IMG/VR virus record: IMGVR_UViG_3300023174_000040 | Span: 124,001-188,000 of that record | Strand: one strand, 5' to 3' | DNA: 64,000 bases | Part shown: positions 9,518 through 19,291 of the stretch, piece after piece | How the letters are laid out: each line of letters begins with the position of its first letter | Numbering within the stretch: position 1 is the stretch's first letter | Program-made: the position numbers and the translations under genes | Notes under the pieces: generated by a model | The model's database searches: none | Told to the model about the DNA's origin: nothing | Seen by the model: only the letters and a program-made list of their open reading frames with translations

Positions 9518-9910
9518 ATGAATAAAAAACTTCTTGATATTTTTGTTGATCCAAAAATTCTTCTCAAAGAAGCAATAGAAAAAGATCTAAAAGAGATTGA
9601 AAAATTTCTTAAGAAAAAGATCTATGTGGTTGAATACTGGCATCTAGACGGAAAAGAATTAAAAACTGTTAGGAAAATAAAAGATCAATTAATTCTTCTC
9701 GGTAAGAATCTTGATATAATGGAAAACATAAAGTCTAAAACTTATCGCTATCATTGTTTCCGCATCAAATCATCTATAGATATAGATGATTTAAGAGAAT
9801 TGTTGAGAGTTTTTACAAGAAATACTATAGAAGCACTTATTAATCAAAAAATTCAAGTAGAATGTTCTACTAACGACGCCCAGCAGTGCATAATAGAATG
9901 TCCAGAATAA
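9518..9910 (+). CDS. hypothetical protein
   Basis: ORF from ATG 9518. Confidence 0.55.
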   Translation: MNKKLLDIFVDPKILLKEAIEKDLKEIEKFLKKKIYVVEYWHLDGKELKTVRKIKDQLILLGKNLDIMENIKSKTYRYHCFRIKSSIDIDDLRELLRVFTRNTIEALINQKIQVECSTNDAQQCIIECPE

Positions 9911-10428
9911 ACAATGACAAACACAGAAATTTTCATCACAGGTTATCTGCTAGGTATTGTTGGCATAGTTGCGATTTTATCTAGAAATATTCAAAAAGAA
10001 ATGAAACTACAAGATAAAATTAATAGTCTCTTATCTAAAAGAGTAGATATTCTTTCAGACCAATTAGATGCTGTTTATGAAATAGTCAAACTAGAGTCAA
10101 AAAGATTAGACATTTACAATGATGACAATAATGATGCTGATTGGTGGAAAAATAAATAAACCCAATACATCAAATTTCCGACTCTATTATCCTCTTGTGC
10201 AGGTCATTTATTATCTCTGAATAGAAATTTTCATTGAACTTTTTATCATTTTCTGCTCTAATCATGGCTTCATAGTGAAGTACGTTAAAAGAAAACGAGC
10301 CAATTAAAAAAGAAACTAAAAAAATCACTAATAATCTATATTTCATTATGTCCTCCAACTTATCTATGAGTATTCGATTTTATATTTTGTTAGGATTTGA
10401 TTAGTGAAATCTTTAGAAGGAGTTTTTC

Positions 10429-10635
10429 ATGGAAGAAAAAATTAAAAATATCATTTTCAATAAGTTCAATAGAGAGGTTGATAAAAACACAAATCTCTCA
10501 GAACTGGTAGAAGATAGTTTTGCCAAAGTTGAAATGCTATTTGCCATAGAAGAAGAATTGGGTAAGAGATTGACCGAGGACGAAATTCTTCAGATAGAAA
10601 ATATCGGGGATATTATAAACGTTTTCCAAAAGTAG
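10429..10635 (+). CDS. acyl carrier protein-like
   Basis: acidic 68 aa; EDSFAKVEMLFAIEEELG resembles the DSL phosphopantetheine helix. Confidence 0.65.
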   Translation: MEEKIKNIIFNKFNREVDKNTNLSELVEDSFAKVEMLFAIEEELGKRLTEDEILQIENIGDIINVFQK

Positions 10636-10667
10636 CCAGAAGTTTCCCTCCGGTACGGTTTGAGGAT

Positions 10668-11180
10668 ATGGGAAATCCCGATTATATCCGGCTTAATCTG
10701 GAGCGGGTTAGTGATCTTGGCGATATGCTAATCACTAAATCGAAAGAATTCTATGATACCGCAATATCAAATCTTAAAATAGAATTAAGATTTGATACCG
10801 TTAGCAATTATCATGGATCTCCTTTGAATGAAGAAACTAATTGGGGCGGTTATAAGAAACATATACCAACGGGATATAACGGCTGGATCGGTAGTATTAG
10901 TTGTCTTGTAAATTCTAATCAAAATCCATATTGCCGTATAGGGCATCTCACCGACGCAGACCAGCATCTTTTTGGCTATAAAGGATTCAGGGGATTCCAT
11001 ACAGGTAGTGGTTGTCCCGGTCATAAATTCGGAAAATGTCCAATGAATATTGGATTCTATTTCTTTATGGATGACTTTCCACTTTTGAAATCAAGATATG
11101 ATAAGTGGAAGATATTGAGTAGTTTTGAGAAGAATAAGAGTTGGGAAAATTCAAACCTTAATTACGAACAAGGATTGTGA
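10668..11180 (+). CDS. hypothetical protein, candidate leaderless gene
   Basis: ATG 9 nt after GGTACGG; ILSSF near C-terminus. Confidence 0.65.
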   Translation: MGNPDYIRLNLERVSDLGDMLITKSKEFYDTAISNLKIELRFDTVSNYHGSPLNEETNWGGYKKHIPTGYNGWIGSISCLVNSNQNPYCRIGHLTDADQHLFGYKGFRGFHTGSGCPGHKFGKCPMNIGFYFFMDDFPLLKSRYDKWKILSSFEKNKSWENSNLNYEQGL

Positions 11181-11869
11181 ACATGAGAATTAAAATTGAT
11201 ATGTATGTTTCAAAGAAGGACAGGCAGGCAGAGAATATTATTCTCAATGCCATTCCTTGCAAATATGAAGCAGCACACAAGGCGTGTGAATATGCTCGAC
11301 ATGTTCTAATGAAGCCTTGGCCCAAGGCCGAGAAAACAATTCTTCAGTGTCCACGAAGTAGTTATCTTTATGCCAGATATGTATTGAAAAAGCGTTGGCC
11401 GGAAGCAGAATCTATTATCGCAAAAGAAGCGTATAGCAGTTACTCTTATTCAAGGTTTGTTATCAAGGGAAGGTTTAAACTCGCTGAGAATAATAAAACA
11501 GAAGGATCTGTTTTTAATCCTCGTTGGGATACTAACTATAGTTTTCTTTATGCAAAAAACATTTCAAAAGAAAGGCTCAAAAGGTCAGTTGAAAATAAGA
11601 TTGCTTGCTCAAGCAGGAATGTTGATTACGCAAAAACCTTCTTGAAAAATAGAAGGTGGAAGACGGCAGAAAAATGGATTTTAGACCAAGGATATTGTAA
11701 GATACAAGAATATATGAAGATTCTTACTGAAAAAGATAAGAAGGATTTTCACAAAAAAATATTGTTGAGTGCGATGGCAAAGCAGCAAAGTCATTATAAT
11801 CCTGCTAAGGTTTGGATTGAAACTTATGGTCAAGATTTCTTGAAGGAGAGTACTAGTGGGATTGGATAA
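11177..11869 (+). CDS. helical-repeat phage protein
   Basis: several YARxVLxxxWPxAE repeats. Confidence 0.65.
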   Translation: MNMRIKIDMYVSKKDRQAENIILNAIPCKYEAAHKACEYARHVLMKPWPKAEKTILQCPRSSYLYARYVLKKRWPEAESIIAKEAYSSYSYSRFVIKGRFKLAENNKTEGSVFNPRWDTNYSFLYAKNISKERLKRSVENKIACSSRNVDYAKTFLKNRRWKTAEKWILDQGYCKIQEYMKILTEKDKKDFHKKILLSAMAKQQSHYNPAKVWIETYGQDFLKESTSGIG

Positions 11870-12194
11870 TTACTGGCAAATGGAAGATGGAAAGCCAGCA
11901 AATATTGATGGAGAATATAATGTTAGTGGCGGCATTTGTAGCGGTCATGGAAATCAAAGTTTTCGTGGCAAGGTCTACAATAGTTTTGTAGAAAAATTGA
12001 CAGGAGTGAGTCTTTACTCAAACATTATTGAAGTTGATGATGTGATGAAAGTCGCAGACATTCTTCGCAATGTTGGGTATGAGAAGGCAAAGAAGTATTT
12101 TGAATATCCCATTGACGAAAAAGAGTACGAAGATTTCGTTGAAATGTGGATAGCACACGCTATGAATGGTCATCGACTTGTAAGTTGGTACTAA
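11856..12194 (+). CDS. hypothetical phage protein
   Basis: MGLD start, SFRGKVY motif. Confidence 0.6.
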   Translation: MGLDNYWQMEDGKPANIDGEYNVSGGICSGHGNQSFRGKVYNSFVEKLTGVSLYSNIIEVDDVMKVADILRNVGYEKAKKYFEYPIDEKEYEDFVEMWIAHAMNGHRLVSWY

Positions 12195-12208
12195 AAAGAG
12201 AAATTAAA

Positions 12209-12649
12209 ATGACAACCATTGCAAAATTTGACGCAACTAAGTTTGGTGGATATAATGATGCACCTCCTAACCTGAGAGAAATCACAGAGAAAGAATGGGC
12301 TAGAAGTCCATATTTTAGCGTCCATAGTTTCTTTCATAAAGAATTTCGCCAATTCATAATTAAGAGTTTGCCTACTAGAGATGAAAAGACCGGTGAAATT
12401 CTTCATGAAGGCCGGGATACTTATCATGATTTCAATTTGTATTACATTGACGAACATCATGGCTATGCTATTACCAATGATTATTGGGAGGGTAAAGTTC
12501 GTGTATTTCATTTTGGTTGTGATCACAAATATCACGAACTGAGTTTCCAAGAATGTAATTACAGAGGTATTAAGCATCTTGGAAATTGTTGGCACGTTCA
12601 TGAATGCAGTGAATGTGGCAATATTTATGGTTGCGATAGTAGCGACTAG
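12209..12649 (+). CDS. hypothetical protein with C-terminal Zn-binding motif
   Basis: CxH...CWH..CxxCG..DSSD. Confidence 0.6.
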   Translation: MTTIAKFDATKFGGYNDAPPNLREITEKEWARSPYFSVHSFFHKEFRQFIIKSLPTRDEKTGEILHEGRDTYHDFNLYYIDEHHGYAITNDYWEGKVRVFHFGCDHKYHELSFQECNYRGIKHLGNCWHVHECSECGNIYGCDSSD

Positions 12650-12694
12650 GATCAAGAGGATCAAGTTTCCCTCTGGTACGGTTGTGGGTTGTCC

Positions 12695-12788
12695 TGAACA
12701 AATGTAGAACTATTCGCAGCCAACTGTCTTATTAACAGTTCCTTCTAATGGGCGGCCGGTAAGGAAGGGTTCGACTCCCTATGGTTCA
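12695..12788 (+). ncRNA. atypical tRNA-like RNA (possible anticodon TAT)
   Basis: T-arm AGGG-TTCGACT-CCCT; 6-bp stem AACTGT/ACAGTT with 7-nt loop; long variable arm; acceptor-like pairing to ATGGTTCA. Confidence 0.5.
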
Positions 12789-12817
12789 ATTTGCTTGATT
12801 TGGTTAAATTAAATTAA

Positions 12818-13030
12818 ATGCTTATCCCCTCTGAAATCACAAACTTGTTAGTCGAGGACGTTCTCAAGCCTTTCGTTTTATTGAGAGATAGGCTCAAAGA
12901 AATCCAAAGAGAAATCCAAAGAATTGAAACAAACCTTGACACAAATCTTGGCAAGGTTGTTGATTTAATCAGAGATAGCGAAAAAAAACGAACCAAAATG
13001 CTGGATAGTTTCAGGAAAGAAAATGGCTAA
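12818..13030 (+). CDS. small coiled-coil protein ending KMLDSFRKENG
   Basis: ORF; heptad pattern. Confidence 0.55.
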   Translation: MLIPSEITNLLVEDVLKPFVLLRDRLKEIQREIQRIETNLDTNLGKVVDLIRDSEKKRTKMLDSFRKENG

Positions 13031-13334
13031 GAAAAGAAACTTTAGCGATATTTTTTCTCGCTATAAAACTTACGATGATTCTCACGGCAGGGGAAACGTA
13101 AAAGAGTGGAATCAAACATTCACTGAAAAGATGAATCTTGACGAAGCCAGAAGGCAAATCAAGAACAATGATCCTCTTTCTGTGATGGGTTTCAATGAAA
13201 TGCCAAGCATTGAAGCACTGAATGATTCGTATAGAAATCTAATGAAAATTCACCATCCAGATAGAGGCGGTGATCCAATAGTTGCGAAAAAAATTATCGC
13301 AGCGTATACTGTGCTTTCGGAACAACTTCGATAA
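13023..13334 (+). CDS. J-domain (DnaJ-like) protein
   Basis: YRxLxxxHHPDRGGD..I..AY..L with HPD. Confidence 0.8.
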   Translation: MAKKRNFSDIFSRYKTYDDSHGRGNVKEWNQTFTEKMNLDEARRQIKNNDPLSVMGFNEMPSIEALNDSYRNLMKIHHPDRGGDPIVAKKIIAAYTVLSEQLR

Positions 13335-13398
13335 ACATTTTTAATAGAAATAATTCATGGTTGCCGAAGAGCCATCAAAGGCAATTTTTATCTAAAAA

Positions 13399-13713
13399 AT
13401 GGCTAAAAATAAAGGTATAGATTGTTTTAGAGAAATTTCACTAAAAGAAATTCTAGAGCATTTTAATAGCGATCATATTTTTATAGAAGTTGATCATAAT
13501 GAAGATCGACTCTATAGCCCTTGCCATGATATAGAATATCACGATAGTGAATTAGGTCTTTTTTGGGGCGGAAGTTGTGAATTAACAATGAGCCCAGATG
13601 ATAAAGTCAAGATACTAGACCACGATACTGTTAAAATAATTAAGAGCAAAAACGAGTATAATTTGGGTAAGATTTTAAGATTTTTTGTTTGTAAACCTCA
13701 CAGTTTTATTTAA
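13399..13713 (+). CDS. hypothetical protein
   Basis: ORF in co-oriented run. Confidence 0.5.
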   Translation: MAKNKGIDCFREISLKEILEHFNSDHIFIEVDHNEDRLYSPCHDIEYHDSELGLFWGGSCELTMSPDDKVKILDHDTVKIIKSKNEYNLGKILRFFVCKPHSFI

Positions 13714-13999
13714 AGAAAGGATAAATACAGTGAAGCTTAAAGCTGAAAAAGTAAAGGAAAACATGGATAAAAATGAGGCGGTTAGTATCAGTGACGACCA
13801 AGTTCTTAATTTGCTTTTCAAGCAGGTTGAAAAGCCAAAGAATTATTTCAAGATCAAGGTTGTAAATGTTTTCGGTTATAACTATAGAATCAATATTTGG
13901 TCTAATATCGAAGAAGATGGATTGACCAAGTGTAAGATCTCCCACAGTTATTTTGTTCGTGTTGTGGATGATATTCTTACCATCTATCATTGATGATGA

Positions 14000-14578
14000 A
14001 TGAGAAATTTCACATATAATATAGAATTCAATCCAAAGTTTGCATACTTGTATGCTCTCAATGTTTTGAAAGGATCATACTCCGGGGAAGATGAAGGGCT
14101 AGTCTTTTCATCAGTTTCCCCAAAGTATGCCTGTCTGTATGCTGTGAAGATCAAAAAAGACCGACTTTGCGATAGACTGCATAGTGAAATACTTTTGAGG
14201 ATGATTGAGAACACCTACAATAGTATTGACAAAAGATTTGTTAAAGCTTATATTGATTTTGTAACAAAAAATGAGTCAAAAGAACTTGAGTCTATCCTTT
14301 GCTATTCACCAGGTTATTCAAGTTCTTGGTCGGAAGAAAATATAGAAGAAATTAAATGCTTCGTAACAGATGATTACTGTTGCGATATTGAAATTGATCA
14401 TAACAATGAGCCAGAGTGGAACGACTGTACGGCTGTAAATGGTACTGGTGCGAGGGTATCGGTCAGCGAAAGTCTTTCTGACATATTGTTTGGTGAATAT
14501 TACGATGAAATCGAGGAAAATTGCCATCAATATGACTACGAAGATGTTTATGATGCTCCAACAGACGATGAAGCATAA
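14000..14578 (+). CDS. helical-repeat family protein with acidic tail
   Basis: PKFAYLYALNVLKG / PKYACLYAVKIKK repeats. Confidence 0.55.
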   Translation: MRNFTYNIEFNPKFAYLYALNVLKGSYSGEDEGLVFSSVSPKYACLYAVKIKKDRLCDRLHSEILLRMIENTYNSIDKRFVKAYIDFVTKNESKELESILCYSPGYSSSWSEENIEEIKCFVTDDYCCDIEIDHNNEPEWNDCTAVNGTGARVSVSESLSDILFGEYYDEIEENCHQYDYEDVYDAPTDDEA

Positions 14579-14996
14579 AGAATTATTATCTTCGTTCTTA
14601 GAAGTACCCGATTCATTCCATGATTGGATTGGAGATAAAAATTATTTCGTTAAATATAATGAAGAAGAAGCGAAGAAAATATACCAAAAAAATTATAACC
14701 CCAATAATTTTGGAATTATTTTCAAAAGCTTTAATATAACTGACGTTTCAATTTCAATGTATCCTATAGAAACTCCAATGTATCCTGGCAACTCAATATT
14801 TCGTAGTGCAATACCTCAATTTGATATTAGTGGAAATGGTTCTGGTTTCTCTGAATTATTTTTTGGATCAAAAAACGAATGTAAAAATATAATTTTAAGT
14901 TTATTGGGAAATCGAAGTTGTGTTGTGAATTTTTCTCCCATCTACAGTTTTAAGGATGGAATCTGCCTTAAAGATTACTCTATTGCTCTAAAATAA
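14568..14996 (+). CDS. hypothetical protein starting MKHKELLSSF
   Basis: ATG overlapping the end of the previous gene. Confidence 0.55.
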   Translation: MKHKELLSSFLEVPDSFHDWIGDKNYFVKYNEEEAKKIYQKNYNPNNFGIIFKSFNITDVSISMYPIETPMYPGNSIFRSAIPQFDISGNGSGFSELFFGSKNECKNIILSLLGNRSCVVNFSPIYSFKDGICLKDYSIALK

Positions 14997-15015
14997 ATGA
15001 ATAAAAAGATGAAGC

Positions 15016-15345
15016 ATGAGTATTCGTGAAGTTATTATCGAAACTGATAATGGTGAATTGTTCGGAGAAAATATTCTCGCAAGTTTTGTTTGCGATGTTG
15101 ATTGCGAGTATATTCCTTACGAACCAGAAACAGAATATTCTCCAAAAGAAGGTGGATATACAGATATTTATGGATATACTTTTAAAATGACACTCTATAG
15201 TGCCGATGGAAAAAATGATCTCCTCGGTAGTTTTATAAAGTATGAAAATCTTAGTGAAGAAAAGAAAAAAGAAATCAATAACTGGGTTGGTTGGTGGATT
15301 GAAGAGCATTTCAAAAAAGAAGAAGATTATAATTGGGATGAATAA
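15016..15345 (+). CDS. acidic hypothetical protein
   Basis: contains ILASF and LLGSF. Confidence 0.55.
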   Translation: MSIREVIIETDNGELFGENILASFVCDVDCEYIPYEPETEYSPKEGGYTDIYGYTFKMTLYSADGKNDLLGSFIKYENLSEEKKKEINNWVGWWIEEHFKKEEDYNWDE

Positions 15346-15438
15346 TTTAGGCAAGGTTTCCTTCCGGTACGGTTGACCAGTGCAGGTCGCCAAGGGTTAT
15401 TGGCGATAATCTAATTTCCACTTTACAAGGGTTGAATA

Positions 15439-16497
15439 ATGAGCGACGGATTGAATCTCCATAAGAATCTTATCAACGGCCGAATCACTGATGTTGTTCG
15501 TCGTAATCGCAACATCAATCTTCCTATGATGATTTTTGGCCCTCCCGGCATTGGTAAGAGCGAACAGGTTCATCAGAGTCGTGATGGCGATGATGATATG
15601 ATGATTGATCTTCGCCTTAATATCCTCGACAGTATTGATCTTCGTGGACTCCCTATCATTCAGAAGAATGAAAAGGGGACTGCAACCCATGTTGAATGGG
15701 TTAGGCCAGAGTTCATCCCGTGGCAGGGTCGAGGAATTATCTTCCTTGATGAAATTAATACTGCTCCCCCATCAACTCAAAATGCAGCGTTGCAGTTGGT
15801 TCTTGACCGCAAGGTTGGGCCTCACCATCTTGGCAAGGACTGGTATATTGTTGCTGCTGGTAATCGGGCAGAAGATAAGTGCCATGTTCATCCTCTTAGT
15901 GGAGCCCTTCTTGACCGATTTGCGGTCTATGATTACACTCCAGATTATGATACCTGGGTTGATTGGGCAATCAAGAGCAATGTTCATGAGGATGTTATCG
16001 GCTTCATTAGTTGGAGGAAGGATTTGCTTCTCCAAGATCGAAGTGATGAATATAGTGTGAGTACGAATCCTCGTAGTTGGGGGTATGTCAGCAAGCATTT
16101 GTTTGCCGGTAGCAAGAATCTTGCCGATATTCGTGCCTGTGTCGGAAGTCCTGCTACTGAACTTCTGAGTTATCTTGATATTTGCAAGAATCTTCCCAAC
16201 ATGGAAGATCTTATTGCCGGAAAGAGTAAGTGGAAGGAAGATAACAAGAGGATCAGCGTCAGTTATGCTGTTGCTAATAATCTTGCAAGCACCTTGCTTT
16301 CTAGCAAGACTCCTGCTAAGATTCTTGATAACTGCATGAAGGTCGTAATTGATATTAGTCCTGAGCCGGGTGCGTTGTTTATTCGTCGTGTTCTGACCAA
16401 TGATAAGATTCGTGATCTTTGCTACAAGAGCGATATGGTGAGTAAGTGGCTTGAAAAGAATCAGGAACTTATTTCCAGTAGCATGATGCTCGCATAA
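15439..16497 (+). CDS. MoxR-like AAA+ ATPase
   Basis: Walker A GPPGIGKS; Walker B IIFLDEIN; AAGNR; LLDRF. Confidence 0.9.
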   Translation: MSDGLNLHKNLINGRITDVVRRNRNINLPMMIFGPPGIGKSEQVHQSRDGDDDMMIDLRLNILDSIDLRGLPIIQKNEKGTATHVEWVRPEFIPWQGRGIIFLDEINTAPPSTQNAALQLVLDRKVGPHHLGKDWYIVAAGNRAEDKCHVHPLSGALLDRFAVYDYTPDYDTWVDWAIKSNVHEDVIGFISWRKDLLLQDRSDEYSVSTNPRSWGYVSKHLFAGSKNLADIRACVGSPATELLSYLDICKNLPNMEDLIAGKSKWKEDNKRISVSYAVANNLASTLLSSKTPAKILDNCMKVVIDISPEPGALFIRRVLTNDKIRDLCYKSDMVSKWLEKNQELISSSMMLA

Positions 16498-16573
16498 AGG
16501 ATCAACATACTACAATGATGTCATTACTCGGAATACTGAGCGGAATAATCGAAATAATCAGGAAGAAATAACA

Positions 16574-17917
16574 ATGTCACAAGCACTTGCAAAAAAGAGT
16601 AAGGTTAAGAAGGAAGTAGCCGATCTATTCTCCACAGTCACCAAAGAAGAACAGGATAGTTTCCGAAAGAAACTTGATGTTATTATCTTTGGATTCGCTC
16701 ATCATTTTCCATTCTTTGGAAGTGTTAGTGAAAGGTGTCGATATAGTTTGACCAAGGATGATAATTTTATCCCTACCGCTGGTATTGATAAAAACGGCCA
16801 TATCATCTTTAATCTCAATTTCGTCAATTCTCTTGACAATAAGCAATTCTTGTTTCTTGTTGCACATGAGATTGGTCACTTTATTTTTGAACATAGTTCA
16901 AGAATTATGAATCGAAATCATATTCTGTGGAATAAGGCCGCAGACTATGCGATTAATCTTTTCTTGTATTATCAGTTTGGAAGCAAAGAGTATTTTCCAA
17001 TCATTGATAAGATTTGCTTTGATAAGAATTGGGATGTTAATTCATCTGAGAACAAGTATGACAAGATGAATGTTGAGCAAATCTACAATATCATTGAAAA
17101 GGAAGCCGATAAACTTCCAAAAATCAAGATTGATATTTTTATTGAATCATTCGATGAAAATGAAGGCGAAGATAATCAGGAAGGCGATGGTAGCGGAGAT
17201 GGCAAAAAGTATGTAGATATTCGTGAGCGACGAGTTCCTCTGCCCAAGAAGAATGGCAAGAATAAGGAACAAATTAGTCGTGAAATGAAGGACTATGTAC
17301 GTCGAGCAGTTTCGGATGCCTTCAATATCAGTAAGAGTCAGGGTTTGCTTCCTGCTGGTATGGAGCGTATGATTGTCAGTCATCTTCGTCCCAAGATTGA
17401 TTGGCTTAGTAAGTTACGTGAGAAACTCAGGTTTGGAACTGACCGTCTTGCTAAGGCTGATACTAATTGGAGTATGCCCAACAAGCGATTCCTTGATCGT
17501 GATTTCGTGTTCCCGAGTTATCACGGGCCTAATCAGCCTAAGATTGCATACGCCATTGATACAAGTGGCAGCATGAGTGAAGAAGATCTCAAAAATGCAG
17601 TTTCGGAACTTGATGGTATCCGAAAGCAATTGAATGCTAATATTTACTTTATGGACTGCGATGCAGATGTTTACACTGGTCGTTGGATTAATAGCAATCA
17701 ACCCCTGCCTTGTTTGCAGGGTGGTGGCGGGACTGATTTCGTTCCGGTGTTCAAGCATCTTGTTGACAAAAAGATTCGCCCAGATTATTGTGTATTTTTC
17801 ACAGATGGTTATGGGGAATTTGGAGAAGATCCTAAAAAGTTCAATACATTGTGGGTATTGACCAGTGATGTTAAGCCTCCGTTTGGTGATGTTATTCGAT
17901 ACAATGACTTACAGTAA
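16574..17917 (+). CDS. DUF2201-type metallopeptidase plus VWA-domain protein
   Basis: HEIGH (HExxH); WNxAADYAIN; MIDAS DTSGS; GGGGTDF; FTDG. Confidence 0.85.
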   Translation: MSQALAKKSKVKKEVADLFSTVTKEEQDSFRKKLDVIIFGFAHHFPFFGSVSERCRYSLTKDDNFIPTAGIDKNGHIIFNLNFVNSLDNKQFLFLVAHEIGHFIFEHSSRIMNRNHILWNKAADYAINLFLYYQFGSKEYFPIIDKICFDKNWDVNSSENKYDKMNVEQIYNIIEKEADKLPKIKIDIFIESFDENEGEDNQEGDGSGDGKKYVDIRERRVPLPKKNGKNKEQISREMKDYVRRAVSDAFNISKSQGLLPAGMERMIVSHLRPKIDWLSKLREKLRFGTDRLAKADTNWSMPNKRFLDRDFVFPSYHGPNQPKIAYAIDTSGSMSEEDLKNAVSELDGIRKQLNANIYFMDCDADVYTGRWINSNQPLPCLQGGGGTDFVPVFKHLVDKKIRPDYCVFFTDGYGEFGEDPKKFNTLWVLTSDVKPPFGDVIRYNDLQ

Positions 17918-17926
17918 GGAAACAAA

Positions 17927-18199
17927 ATGATTGATCCTCATAATCCAGATGTTCAACCAGATATTCCATCTGTGATCGAATTAAGCAAAGAAGCTAAAGT
18001 TCAATTGCTATTGGAACAATCTAAAATTGTTGAATGGGAAGATCATCCTAAACAAGTATTGTGGATGATTACAGATAAGAAAAATGTTGGTATTGTGGTT
18101 CATTCAGAAGATTCTGATATTAAACTTGGTTCTACTACAAAATTGGCTAAACTTAAACTGAAGCCTTTTATTGGTAGTTTGACTATTGACTCGAAGTAG
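17927..18199 (+). CDS. hypothetical protein
   Basis: AGGA RBS, ORF. Confidence 0.55.
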   Translation: MIDPHNPDVQPDIPSVIELSKEAKVQLLLEQSKIVEWEDHPKQVLWMITDKKNVGIVVHSEDSDIKLGSTTKLAKLKLKPFIGSLTIDSK

Positions 18200-18271
18200 T
18201 TTCTTTCTGGTACGGTGGTGCTATGCGGGTGTTCCGTGTAGCAAGATAAATCATATAGGGATAAAAATACA

Positions 18272-18964
18272 ATGGCTAAGGCTAAGACTTCCGGTAGTGG
18301 TTTCGGTGGCGTTGTTGATACTAAGGCAACCAGTGCCGCTAGTAAGAAGAAGGATTACGAAAAGATTGATTTCAATACTACCAGTAGTGTTGATGGTGTA
18401 AATCTTTTCGATAAGGTCAGTGCTTTGAAGCAGGCTAAGGCCATGCTTGAAAATGAACTCAAGATTTTTGAGGATGAACTCAAGGAGCAGATTCGGGCCA
18501 AGTTTGCCGAGATTGGTATTCGTGATGGAGCCAAGCCTGAAAGTATTGAGGGTCATGGTGATATTGCTACTGCTCGATGTGATTGCCGCCGTAGTGTTAG
18601 CACTTTGGATCAAGGCACGGTTAGCGATCTTGAATCAATGGGCATTGATGTTGAGTGCAAGGAGACTGTTAGTTTCAAGAAAAGCGTTCTTGATAATGAG
18701 GAAACAGTCCAGAATATTATTGCCGTTCTTCAAGAGCATGGTGGATTCAATGTTAGTGATCTTCTTGATCGTACGGTTAAGTATACTGCCGGCGAGCGAA
18801 CCCTTGATGATCTTTTCCGCAAGGTGAGTGATCCGGTTGTTGTTAATCGTTATCTGGAGAAGGTTAGCACGATTGCTATTGCCAACCCTAGCCTTGGGGA
18901 TGATCCCACCGCAAGCAAGTTCGCAATTTGCGATATTGTGAATAAGAGTGGTATCTTCCGTTAA
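18272..18964 (+). CDS. hypothetical protein
   Basis: own motif copy upstream and terminator downstream. Confidence 0.7.
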   Translation: MAKAKTSGSGFGGVVDTKATSAASKKKDYEKIDFNTTSSVDGVNLFDKVSALKQAKAMLENELKIFEDELKEQIRAKFAEIGIRDGAKPESIEGHGDIATARCDCRRSVSTLDQGTVSDLESMGIDVECKETVSFKKSVLDNEETVQNIIAVLQEHGGFNVSDLLDRTVKYTAGERTLDDLFRKVSDPVVVNRYLEKVSTIAIANPSLGDDPTASKFAICDIVNKSGIFR

Positions 18965-18989
18965 AAAACGGAACTAGTATCCTCATTTC

Positions 18990-19035
18990 AAACCCACTAG
19001 GTTCTTAATTGAATCTAGTGGGTTTTTTTATTTTT
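18990..19035 (+). terminator. rho-independent terminator
   Basis: AAACCCACTAGGTTC...GAATCTAGTGGGTTT plus T-run. Confidence 0.7.
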
Positions 19036-19256
19036 ATAGATGCGTATGAAAAAATAATTGAAATAAAACAAAAAAGTTGGATTATCGGTATCGGTACAGT
19101 CACCAATAAATAACCAGAAAATAAAAGACAAACAAACCCCAGTATATTTCTAATTACTTGAGGAATAAATTCAATTTTGGAAATAAGATAAACAACAGGT
19201 CCGCACAATAGTGTGAAAAGTAATACGGCACACGCTAAAACAGCTAATGATATCAT
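19005..19256 (-). CDS. small multi-TM membrane protein
   Basis: three hydrophobic segments; TAAATA upstream. Confidence 0.55.
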   Translation of the reverse strand: MISLAVLACAVLLFTLLCGPVVYLISKIEFIPQVIRNILGFVCLLFSGYLLVTVPIPIIQLFCFISIIFSYASIKIKKPTRFN

Positions 19257-19291
19257 AATTTATATTTAGTTTTATACTACTATATATTTGA

